A program made the position numbers and the translations under genes. Shown in pieces: positions 1-12,300 of a stretch of 64,000 nt of DNA; the stretch's first letter is position 1; each line of letters starts with the position of its first letter. The notes below the pieces were generated by a model. The model made no database searches and was not told where the DNA came from. It saw only the letters and a program-made list of their open reading frames with translations. This DNA comes from Phoronis australis (Eukaryota; Animalia; Phoronida). The stretch is taken from assembly GCA_002633005.1 (NCBI GenBank), contig NMRA01000635.1, positions 174,344 through 238,343 of the forward strand, in the 5' to 3' direction.

Positions 1-111
1 AAACCAATTGTTACACTCAAAAAAATGAAAGCAGACAATCGTCAAAGTAAAATCAGATGCTGCCAGAAAACACATATCGTGTAAACCACAATGCCAACAT
101 AATATCCTGGT

Positions 112-210
112 AAATGTACTTCATTACAACACAGTCTGATATCAAATGTACTTCATTACAACACAATCTGATATCAAATGTACTTCATTACAACACAGTC
201 TGATATCAAA
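112..210. repeat. Minisatellite, 32-bp unit x3
   Basis: aaatgtacttcattacaacacagtctgatatc repeated at 112, 144 and 176. Confidence 0.9.
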
Positions 211-445
211 CGGTAAACCTTGCATGTTAATTACTTATCTCTATGATTGCTTGGCCACATTAGTTACTAACACTACATATAGCAGCCATGTGATATGAAG
301 TAGGCTGAAAAATGCAAATGTTTTTAAAAACGAGTTTTGTGTCACAAATGATCCGCCGTAAATCATTCAATCATGTCCAGTAAGTATCATGACATGGTGT
401 TGGAGAATAACAATGCATGATGTAGGCTATGTGAGCCCCCCAAGC

Positions 446-523
446 AATGTCATTAGTGCAAAGGTCACCTAATGTCATTAGTGCAAAGGTCACCTAATGT
501 CATTAGTGCAAAGGTCACCTAAT
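446..523. repeat. Minisatellite, 25-bp unit x3
   Basis: aatgtcattagtgcaaaggtcacct in tandem. Confidence 0.9.
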
Positions 524-976
524 GGCAGAATTTTTTGTTTTCACATTTACAACTAGTACATGAATACAACTGCACTTTGCTAAGCATAAACTGTTAAAAA
601 GTTCTGTCGTTCCTGCTATACATTAGCATAGTTAAGAGCATGCAGATACATTTTTAATGGACACTTTCCTCTGCACACACTATCTTTGGCATTTGGCAAA
701 AGAAAGTATTTGAAATGTCTGGAACTAATATTTCCAGAATGATTGGACTTTTTACCAGAATGTGGTCATTTCTGTTGACCATTTTTCTATTGAAACCATC
801 ATTTTGAAAAATAATATCAAACTTTTGATATGCCTATGACACTCCACAACTAGTATTCCAGCTGCTAAAACAGCAGTTTTCTGACATGCAAAAATCAATT
901 TTGTGGCTACAAATCAGCCCTTCAAGACCATATTGAGCTTCTCAATGTAGGATCTCTGAAGCTTTTGAAACCAGTA

Positions 977-3900
977 TCATCCCCGTAAGCCCCACTCCGA
1001 CACCTTTCTTTGCGCCCAAGACATAGCAATCATGCTGGTACCATTTGACAGGAAACTACGAACTGTTCCGGGCCCAAGTCCACGATACAGAGCAAAAATG
1101 CCACCTCTCTCACGAACCACTGACTGCATTCGCCGCCATGTAGACATTTTCCTGCAGAAGAAGTACTAGTCACAGTTTACATAGAAAATGGTAAATACAA
1201 AATGGTAAATACAAAATGGTAAATACAAAATGGTAAATACAAAATGGTAAATACAAAATGTAGACAAATTAGACTACTCCATGTAAACTATGAAGCTTGC
1301 TGCTTCAGACAATACAATTCTTAGATTGACGAAGAAATAATAAACCCCATAGGCTTTCCTCAAAATTGCTAATTATGATTAAAAAGTCCTTCAATGTGGT
1401 AAATATCTCAAATCTCCAATGATAAAAACATAGGAAGCACATGATGGCTGCTAATGTTCATATGAAACTTTTGGACACCATACTTCATGGACACCATACT
1501 TCATGGACACCATACTTCATGGACACCATACTTCATGGACACCATACTTCATGGACTCTTCATTAAAATGCTGTTAGGGGTTGTTTTTAAAATCTTCCAC
1601 TTTTGCATGAGAGGTTAACAAAGTAACTTTTATGATTTGATGAAAAAATCAAAGTTTGCATAAACAAAAACAAATGGAAAACTGTAACAGCATTTTTGAA
1701 ATCTCTTCCTGAACATTTATGAAATGAAAGTTGGTCCTGTGGATAATGCCATTGTTTTGATATGGATGCACCTTTATGTTTTTGCTAAATTTACCAGACA
1801 ATGGCAGATTGGTATAAGGTCAAAAAATGATATTCTACATGCAATACATACTTTTACGAAGTCAACATCTTTAGTTTCATAAATATTTGACAAAATACAC
1901 GACACTTGTCAATAAGGTCGGACATAATCTTAAAACATCAGGTGACCAATACTCACTGCCCATAACTTCCCTGCACCTGCGACTTCATGTATTCCAGCGG
2001 CCAAACAAGCCACCAGGCAAAAGTTGCTGCAAGACCAGAGGTTAGGAATGGCCCCAGTAAAGGGCTCTTGAACTGGTCTGGAAAGTGTCGGCGGATACTG
2101 TCGACCAAGATAAAATAGGTGGTCATTAAACCAAGAGTCCTGACCCATGTGACACTAAAGCCCTGAAATCATAAACAAAATTTTTAATTCATATAAACTA
2201 AGGTGATGAGTTGACCTAAAAGTCACTCAATGCTGTATTAAAAGGACAGAATAGGTTTAAGGGGCGAGAAATACATTTAGGGATTATCGGCGGGTAGGAT
2301 AGACTTCTTAAAATTGTTAGCTCTGATCAGAATTATAAAGCAGCAGAATCCTCTGTTCTCCTGAATTTATTTAGAAAATGACAATTCTTGACGTTGACTC
2401 CTAACCATTCAGCGGAATCAACTGAAATGAAGACGGGTGACTTTGTCAGTTAAATACCTGACCTACTTGTCAAATTGACTTTTAGCTCTACTAACCAGGT
2501 AACGGACTATGATAGTTATGGCTTCTAATCCATCTCGACGCTCATCTCAGATCAATTTAGCTGTCACTGGCCTCTTGCAACTACTAGTATGCACAGTGAT
2601 GTAATGGAGCAACATATGGCCTGCATGTAAACCATTACGGAGGCCGCCCATTGACCCCAACGTGTTCGGTAAGATAGGAAAAGAACAAGTTGGCCAATTA
2701 ACCAGCCTAGCCAGTATCTTACACTATTGATTACATCCATGGTAGTATTTATGACAGGACGGCCGCCTCTCTTTTGCTCCATAACTGCTATAATATCTCA
2801 GGTCATATTTAGCCTGATTTAGATGTTAAAAATAAAAGAGAAGTTATATACTGCTTGAACATAAAACCAATAACAATTCTGAATTCCTCATCAAATGATG
2901 GTCATGTTTTGCTTTTTGAATCGCCAAAATCGCCCAACTACAACCAAAATTAAGAGAATCTGTTCTGTCAGAACACAGCAGTTTCAGTAAGTTTTTGAAG
3001 CCTGCCAGATAATTGGCCTGGACGCTGTCATAGCAGACAAGACTGCATGCAGCAGTTAACAAAGGAGCCAGAAAAATAATATGTTACCAGCACACTATAG
3101 TTTTTTCAACTGCCGTTTATTGTAACTATTTCTTTCCTGCCACGCCCAGATAGCACACTGCAAATCACATTTCTCTCCTCCCATACTCAGGTAGCACATT
3201 ACAAACCACATTTCTCTCCTGCCATGCCCATGTAGCGCATTACAAACCACATGTCTCTCCTCCCATGCTAAGGTAGCACATTGCAAACCACATTTCTCTC
3301 TTTCCATGCTCAGGCAGCAGATTATACACCACCACTTATGAACGCAACTCCAAGCATTCAAATGTTATGAAATTTGTACTGTTTACATTTCGTCACTGCC
3401 TCAAGTTATCATCGTCAATTGCAGTAGGAACAATGCTTACTGTGTAAAGAGCAGAGAACTTCCACGTCTGTTGTGTTTGCCGACAGATCTTAGCGTATTC
3501 CAAAGGGCACTCTATCACAGCTCGTGAAGTAGAAGCAATAAGTCCAGCCACAACAACACGACTGAAATGAAAGGGAAAATAAACAACAGACATGTCAATC
3601 AATAATTATTTTCAACAAAAACTACACTTCATTGGTAACTGGTGTTACTGGAGAACAACGCAGCACAACACGATTGAAAATCAAAATAATAAACATTTGT
3701 CATTATCTCTTTGCGACAGTATAAAAATAATAGTTTTTTTGAAGTTCGAAGCTTGTCCCAAACTTTAGAAATTAGCATGATGAATTTTGCCCGAAATTAA
3801 GAAACTGTAGAAAGACAATTTTACTCAGGTCTGAGTAATCAAGGTAGTAGTCCACTTGAGACAAGAATAAGTAAAATTTCCATTTTTGGCAAAATGATGC

Positions 3901-6900
3901 TGTCTGGTGTCTGACAGCTACATGCATACTAAAAGCAAACGATAAAATTTCCAGTAATTCTTTTTGAAAAGATCCCACGTGTCCATCATATTGTGAGAAC
4001 CCAATTGTCCACCACATTGTGAGACCCTACTTGTCCACCATATTGTGAGACCCCACTTGTCCATCATATTGTGAGACCCCACTTGTCCACCATATTGTGA
4101 GACCCCACTTGTCCACCATATTGTGAGACCCCACTTGTCCATCATATTGTGAGACCCCACTTGTCCATCATATTGTGAGACCCCACTTGTCCACCATATT
4201 GCCTCTCATACTGAAGAATCTTTAATTTATTTAATCATATTATTCGCATCTTTATTTCAGTTTGTGAAAATAAATATAATTATGTCAAACTACACATCGA
4301 GTTCTGATGTGACTGATGAATGTTGTCTGCTTCAGTTGCAGTGTCGAGTAAATATTATATTCACAAGGCTAAACGCCGAGTGAAAATATTTACTCAGCAC
4401 AACAACCGAGGCTAATAGTATTTATGTATGACGTGTGTCATAACATATTTATATCACATATTCAAGTTTTAATCACTTTTTTGACAACTCGCATGCAATA
4501 ACCATGCCACGTGAATCTACATTTGTAACCTTCTGGGTTCTTACATGGCCACGTGACACGATTATTGCACGAGAGTACTGAGACGTATTTGGTACAAAGT
4601 TAAATACTTCCATAATGCAGTAGTATTCCAGCTACAAGCATATAACATTGTGCTGCAGTGATATTGCTTCTAATAATAATTATACTCTCAAATACACAAC
4701 ATTATGGCTGACTGTGTCACTTTAACCAACAATTAACTTCTAAGTTCTACTACACATTAGTATTTCAAAAAAACGACTGAGAATTCTGACTTACGTCTGA
4801 ACACCAAATGTACCAGGGATTATAGTTCTTCCCCTGTGGTCATCCAGAAGAGTGTACCTGAAATTAACCACTGAATTCATGCTAGCAGCCATACCATGGT
4901 TTGTGGAAAATACAGAAAATGGAACATTACCTACAAATATCCAGAGCAGCATTATTACTATAAAATGCACCTTTACTCTTGAGAAATAAATAAAATATAC
5001 AGCTCTTCACCATCAGAATATTAAAACAATATGTGAACTTAACAAATGGCCAATTTAATACAGAAAGTCTTAAATAGCGATAATGCAGCGGAAAAACAGG
5101 AATTCATTGTAGTGTATGTTAATATATGTTAATATATGTTAATATATGTTAACAGACATCGTTTGAAGGAATCTACAATTGGGTCAAGTGAAATTTCCTA
5201 AAATTTTGAACGTCCAATAAATGTTAAGTTTCCAGCTGTGAATCTAGGCATCAATAATTCTACTTGGTCTATAAGACAATCAGTCCTAATTCAGATTTGA
5301 CACATAAAAACCTCTAAAATGGCTTTCATGCAAAAAGATGTTTTTTAACTTAAAATCATGTTGTGTGCACCTTCAAAATAATTTTGATTTGTAACCAAAG
5401 ACTGTTGTACTTACACAGCTTCAAATACAGCAAATTGTGTGGACCGATAAATACCAGAACCCCACAACGGTGGAATGCAACCTCTGAAAAACATAAAATC
5501 ATGTAACTAACCACAACACTAGATGAATGAACTCTTTAAAGGAAGTACAAAAGTAAAAACTACACAAGACAAAAGTCAATTTCTGAGTCAAATGTTCATT
5601 AAAATTTGGTAGCCACAGATGTGCCACAATCAGAAAGTTCCAGAAAGACATGTGAGCAGGATAAAATTGAGGCTAAGAAATAATTAGTTATGCTTACACT
5701 AAATGAAATGTCCATTGAAGATGACTTGCTATCCAGTTACACTCAATTGTGCAGTGTTAGTTTTAAAATGCTGGCAAATGCATGGTCTCGTCCAAAAATT
5801 AGCTAAACTCCATTAAAACTAAGACTTTTCCACTAATTCTGCAACGATGCACTTGCTTTTTCAGATGTTCTCTGACATATTTTCAATAAATTTTGTGAAG
5901 CTAAACAACTTTTTAAAAACTGTAATACCAACCTATAAAGTCCCTTGACACCTTGGGTACCAAGAGTTTTTGTAAATGTTTGCCACATTCCTCCTTTTTC
6001 AAAGCCTTTCTGTGCTTGCATCTTGGTCTTGATTGTGTCAAACGGGTGACCCACACAAACACTTGTTGTGCCATACAGGACTCCCACTGTAACAACAGGA
6101 TAAGGTTCAAATATACTATGAGTTCAGTGTTGTTAGAAGAATATCAACAAGAGTCAATTTTAAACTGGTCAGTTATCAACAAAATGAAGTCTGTTTAGTT
6201 ATAATGCCTTGACATAACTCAACTATTGATTTTGTACAAGAAAAAAACAAGTCAACTTGTCAGGAAGAAATTGTTATTGCTTGAGTACCATCAGTTGGAA
6301 GGATTGGAAAACATCAATGGCCTCCACAGGTATAATGTTGTGTAGAGAGTGCCAGGAATGAGGAAGACCTCTTTACTAGAACACTACTTTATTGTGGACT
6401 GACTAACTACTGTACAACAACATGTTTTTGGAATACACAAGACCACATGCAAATGAGTCACATTTCATAGTTAACTGTTTGGCAAGAGTTATATAACAAA
6501 CGATTCTAACTAATTGTGACATGCATATAAGGGAAGTGTACAAACTTGAAATCATCATTGGTTCATATGAGCTCCAACTGTCTCTCCCTTCACAATGCAT
6601 GTGTACCTATGTACATGCCCTCACAATGCATGTGTACCTAATGTACATGCCCTCACAATGCATGTGTACCTGTGTACATGCCCTCACAATGCATGTGTAC
6701 CTATGTACATGCCCTCACAATGCATGTGTACCTATGTACATGCCCTCACAATGCATGTCGATGTGTACCGTCCTAATAGTATGTACATACCCTCACAATG
6801 CATGTGTACCCATGTACATGCCCTCACAATGCATGTCGATGTGTACCTATGTACATGCCCTCACAATGCATGTGTACCTATGTACATGCCCTCACAATGC

Positions 6901-8817
6901 ATGTCGATGTGTACCTATGTACATGCCCTCACAATGCATGTCGATGTGTACCTGAGTGTCTGTACATCCGTCACAATGCATTTGATGTGTACCTGTGCAC
7001 ACTGTTCTCCTGTGTTACCTGACTGGAGTATTATGAACATTTGTCTTGTGAATGGTTTAGTGATAATAAACCAAAACCTTGACTAATAAAATGCCTTTTA
7101 TCAGGTGGTATGCAGTGATTTTAAAGCTCAAACTCATATTAAGGCCAAAAACAAATGTGATTAAAGTAAGCATAGTTAAATAAACCACTACCCCGTATAT
7201 ACTGTAATTATAGTTCTAGTAAAAATCACAATAGTATTACAACAGGTGGCTCTCAATCTACACTCAAAAGATATCCATTTAGCAAGTTTAACGTGGTTTT
7301 GGTGGTTCAACCAGGGCAAAGCCTGAAAAGATGAACAAAGTCTACTGTGGATGCGTAGTGACGTAGTGTTGTAAAATCCCTAAGTCGTAGACAGCAGTAC
7401 TCTGCAGCCTTGTTTTGAGTAACATAGAGACTAGTGTTTGGCAGATAGTTTGTTAGTCTACTCAGTGTGTGAACATGTGGAGTTAGTTGTTAGAACAACT
7501 AACCCCTTAGTGAGTGGTCCTATAGTAAGTTGTTTAGTTGTGTACATACTACAGTGTATGCGTGTCTACATACTACAGTGTATGCGTGTCTACATACTAC
7601 AGTGTATGCGTGTCTACATACTACAGTGTACGCGTGTCTGCATACTACAGTGTAAGATACATACTACAGTGTATGCATGTCTACATACTACAGTGTATGC
7701 GTGTCTACATACTACAGTGTATGCGTGTCTGCATACTACAGTGTAAGATACATACTACAGTGTATGCATGTCTACATGCTACAGTGTATGCGTGTCTACA
7801 TACTAGAGTGTATGCGTGTCTACATACTACAGTGTATGCATGTCTGCATTTTGTGGCACAGCTAAGTGTGACGACATTAATCATTACAAGCCATGAAGAT
7901 TGTGAGTCAAGTGCTAGAAGACCTCAAAACTAGTCGTGTTGTCAGTGAAACCCCCAAGGGAAATCCAGTGTGTGAATGCAGTCTCTCCTCAATGCAGAGA
8001 CACAGTCCAGACACCCCTATACAATTAATGCAGGCGAGCCCCCGGCTGACCCAGCCTCATGTGGGCTCTGGCCGGAGAGGGTTTCTAGACCACAACTCGA
8101 TATTAGTCCACTAATAGCCCACTTTTGGTTACACCCATGTATTGGCTGCCTGGATCTTGAAAAATCACCTGGTTCTCAACGGAACCTGCATGATAATTTT
8201 CAAGATTCGTGAAATTACAATAGTAAACAGTATACCAATTAACAGCAATTGCCTATAGATGTGTTTCCGGTTTTTTTTGAGAGGTGTACAACACTCACCA
8301 CAGATTCACCACAGTACTAGAATTCTACTAGATAGCTGCTACAAGAATCTATGTGATTTTAATCAATGCTTGTCTTAATTGTCACCTGCTAATGCACCAT
8401 TGTCGTCTCACTTGAGTGATAAAAACAGGATTTAACTATACATGTATATAACTTACATTGCCTCAAAAGGTAGGATATTGCAGTTCTTGGTGGTGGCCTT
8501 TCCCTAAAAAATTGCAGAGTAACTTGCCTAAAGCTAGGTAACGCTTGTCCATTAAGCAGACTTAATTTGTAAGGAGTTATCAAACTTTGATCCAAACTTT
8601 TGGGGGTTGTCAAGGGTTACACGGCATTGATGGCATTATTGTTTCAGAGAACTGGATGGTAAAGTCGTGTTTAATATCTGTTAATAGGCCAAAGTCGGGT
8701 TTGTTAACCTCTTTAAAGCAACTTACACTCAAGGCCACATAATCAAATGTGACTCTCACCTCCAAGACCAATAGCACCTTCCTTTATCCAATGACTCCGT
8801 TCTTCATTATGCGTCAT
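977..8817 (-). CDS. Mitochondrial carrier (SLC25 family) protein, 281 aa, 7 coding exons
   Basis: Exons (minus) 8760-8817, 5933-6086, 5415-5483, 4795-4857, 3441-3561, 1957-2162, 977-1151. All introns are GT-AG with consistent phases; total 846 nt, ATG to TGA. Three PX[DE]XX[KR] signatures (HPFDTIK, CPLEYAK, WPLEYMK) and three [YF]xG motifs (GLYRG, ALYTG, ALYRG). A pyrimidine-rich acceptor (CAG at 8831-8833) just upstream of the ATG implies an additional 5'UTR exon. Confidence 0.95.
1186..1260. repeat. Minisatellite, 14-bp unit x5
   Basis: aaaatggtaaatac in tandem, about 35 bp from the last-exon acceptor of the carrier. Confidence 0.9.
1472..1555. repeat. Minisatellite, 16-bp unit x5
   Basis: tggacaccatacttca in tandem. 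Confidence 0.9.
3130..3335. repeat. Degenerate minisatellite, ~41-bp unit x5
   Basis: Variants of caaaccacatttctctcctcccatgctcaggtagcacatt. Confidence 0.8.
3975..4200. repeat. Minisatellite, 26-bp unit x~8
   Basis: acttgtccaccatattgtgagacccc in tandem. Confidence 0.9.
4330..4415. mobile_element. Palindromic remnant resembling a non-autonomous Crypton-type element
   Basis: Inverted repeat gagtaaatattatattcac ... gtgaaaatatttactc around a ggctaaacgcc core. The family assignment is an inference. Confidence 0.3.
6585..6995. repeat. Minisatellite, 31-bp unit (37-bp variant) x~12
   Basis: ccctcacaatgcatgtgtacctatgtacatg; later units carry a 6-bp insert. Explains the ORFs at 6521-7086. Confidence 0.9.
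7540..7848. repeat. Minisatellite, 24-bp unit x~13
   Basis: tacatactacagtgtatgcgtgtc with 20-bp variant units. Explains the ORFs at 7438-7933. Confidence 0.9.
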
Positions 8818-8909
8818 CTTTGAACACCCACTGAGTGGAACAGAAATGAACCAATTTCGCACTTCTACCACTATGGAGTATGGTCTTACTCAAATGAGTT
8901 ACTGTTGCC

Positions 8910-9035
8910 CAGGGCTGGTGAAAACACCTGTCAGCCTGTCCTCACCAGGCTACCTGCCAGCCAGCGAGCTAGCTGTATGAAGACTATCATCAAAATACCT
9001 GCCAGTCTGGTTGTGCACTTAGTCACCTAGCCCTG
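8910..9035. mobile_element. Short MITE (hAT-like ends)
   Basis: Imperfect TIRs cagggctggtga / tcacctagccctg; TSD unclear. Confidence 0.45.
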
Positions 9036-9393
9036 GCCCACTTGTGGCCACGATCAATTTCAATACTAGCACCGTTTCAATGAGCTCCGACTCTTAAACT
9101 ATGAATTTTGCTAGGCCCTACTCGTCATTCCTAAGACTCCACGTGAACCTGCACCTGGAGGCAAAACGGTCTCTTGAGCTCGGGAAACCCCATCTTTGAA
9201 CCGTAAACACTGACCTCTGTTGGATATAGTCTTGAAGATACCACTGCAGATTTTTGGTGTATTTTGAGTAAAAAAAACATTATTAAAGCAAATTAACAAT
9301 AATAATAAACTTTTAGTATGTAAAATACTCGATTTTTTGGTGATTTTGGAATGGTAGCAATCATGTAAATTTTATGTTTCGAGAGTTTCCAAG

Positions 9394-12300
9394 ATGGTGG
9401 TAAGGGGATTTGTTGTACACACAATCACAGGCGCTTGGGTTTATCGCAAATGACGTCACTCAATAATATATATATATAAGAAAACATAAAGGTTGGACAC
9501 TTAAACTTTGCCAAGCCGAGGCTCCCAACTTCAACCGTCCAAAATCCGAATAAAATCTGCGTGCATATCCCTCAGTCTGGTGTTGCATAAACCTTCGAAG
9601 CCTTATCTCTCCTAGATCCCATTGATTAACTGTCTTCGTGAGTGGTGAATTGGCGATGGAATTTCCAAAACAATCTCAAAACTCTGAATTCAAGGACCTG
9701 AAATAGTACACATAGTGTACCTAATTATCGGACGGAACCTAAATATCGGACGTTACATAAAATCTTACTTGAAGCATAATCTGAGAAATAAATGACACAA
9801 ATTTTTGATCCGCTGTAATGCATTCAATGTCACCGGCACTGTCTCGTTTTTTTCTAGCGTTGCCTCGTTTTGATTTTACCGAGAGAGAGTGCAATTTAGA
9901 CCCCCAAGTCAGCCTAAAATGGACGATTGCATAAATCGGTTATAAAAGTTGAAAACAAAATCTTTTTCCACAATGAAATCATCTAATTGAACTAACAATA
10001 TGTCACTGTTCCATTTCTTCATTTGTTTTTAAGCTCAAGTCAAACCCCGGCCGCGCATGTGCGTGTGTCATATCAAGAAGGCAAAGAGATACTAAAAACT
10101 TGAATGAGTTTGCAAGCGCTTTAGTCGTCTGCACTGATTCATCGAAACGACTTGGTGCTGTCATCAGACTTCGTGTTGTGGATAAATTTTGTTGCGAATG
10201 AAGCTGTGTTTTAGCAGCATATTTCAAAACACTGGAGCTGAAATTTGGCTACAAGGTGCCCGCAGCCATTACTTGGTTAGTCAGTTTTCCGCAGTGTGGC
10301 GTATGGGGAAACATGGTGTCCGATATTTAGGTTCTTCGAAGGTTTGCTAGTTGTGTTTTTTAAAGATCAGTCGAAACATAAATGTGGCTTTCAGTGACAA
10401 GATATAGTAACAGAACAATTCCGTGAAGGTAAGCCTTTATTTCAGCAAAGAATTTACAACATTCCGTAATATTTTCAATTAAATATAATGCAAAATGTGC
10501 CAAAACGTCCGATAATTAGGTCACTTGACTGTAAACATGGCGGACTTCAGTTGTGCTTCAACTTGTACGCCTGCCGTAGGTGAAACTTCGAGTTTGAGCA
10601 AGCAACCTATATTTCAAGTTCAATAATTCTAATCCAAAACTCAACGAATTGAGAATGTTAAAGTTAGTATTTTAATGATTATTTGTAACTTTATTCCACT
10701 GACGTCTCATTTTAGCCTTTAACTTAGAATTTTATTACATAAACTGGCGTATCTTGTTTCTCATCTTGACATCATGCACTTTTTTGATTGAAGCACAACA
10801 CACACTCGGCCAGGAAACGCAGTCCGTGCTAGTATTACAATGCACATGGCCGACGAGTTAACTCAATGGTTTTGGCCAAAAGTAAAACCTTCATAAGAAA
10901 TCACAGTACACAAAAAACTTCGCATATCAATACAGTATCAGGATAATTTATATTTGACACAAATATGTGAGTAATTACATTTATTTGACAATAAAGTGNC
11001 ACGAGCTTGCGTACACGTCACAACAAATTATCAGAACTGGTTTCACTTCATTATAAGTTTTTAGAATTTTGATACCGAAAAATCGAATTTCAGAAGAAAT
11101 TTTGCTGCTGCCAAGCTATCATCATCACCCGAGAGATGTCGCAAAAATTTTGGAAATGGTGCGTGCGCGTGACACGAGCGTACTGTTTTCAAAACGACGA
11201 AATACTTTTCATTGTTAGAAAAGGCGGAGAGTTACACAAGAAAATGACGTTTATTGCACTGTTTTTCACTTAAACGGTTTTTAGCGTTACATGTTGATAC
11301 AAGTTTCACGTCGCAGTGACGAGCAGAACTACCCAGGCTGTGTGCAATTTCGGGGTCTACGGAAGAAATATACACAGTGGGACCTAGCTGTATTTTGACG
11401 ACAGCTAGCTGGCTGGCAGATCAAATTGTACATGTATCATTTAGTAGGGTGAGCAAATCAATATGGCGGAAATTCATCAAGAGCGAAATTTTTGCCATTT
11501 TTCATGATTTTCACAAGCTCATATCTATTAACATACTAAGTGGTGGAAAATGAAAAGTATGCCAGTGAAATATTTAATTTTTCTTCTTTCTATTGATATC
11601 CATTACAAAAAATTGGACATTAATGAGTATTTTTAAAAATTGAAGTAAAGCGAGCACTTCACAAATTTTTCACTCACCGGTAAATTCTTGTGACTTTCAG
11701 TAGGGGTCAAACTTTCAGCTGTTAAATGGCCGTTACTGAACCGATTTTAATGATATTTATATCAAACTGTTTGCTATAAAATTCTGCTTTCAACCCTGAG
11801 TGTACACTTTTTAGTTTTTTGACAAAAATAAGAAAATGTACTTTTTTTAATTTACTGCCTCGCCACTCTCTCACCTGGAAAAATCCTGAAAGTGTACACT
11901 CAATGTCATAATCACTTATCATGTCCTAATCCATTCCTGATCAAATTTTTTCACTTTATCTCACCATTTCCATTTAAAGGTAACTTCAGTCATTTTTAAA
12001 GAACCATGTTGACCTTTCCAGGGTTCAAATTAAACTCGAACCTGAATGTATTCAACAGAACCAGTCAAAACTTCTCTAAATTACAAAAAGTGGCCCAAAC
12101 CTGGTAAAATATTTTCATTAAAATAATATAGAATAGTTTTAAAATTTAATTTACATCAAGTTTGAGGATGGAGTCATTTTTTATTTTCTTCAAAAATATT
12201 TTTTGTTACACTTTTACTACCTCGTGAGGGCGTTGTGATCAGTTTCATTTTTAGAAAATTACATAATTCACCAATATAAATGTTCAGTCAACGCTGCAGT

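Noticed and set aside
6521-7933. Cys/His/Met-rich ORFs resembling metal-binding proteins
   Set aside because: They derive from 31-bp and 24-bp minisatellites in carrier intron 1.
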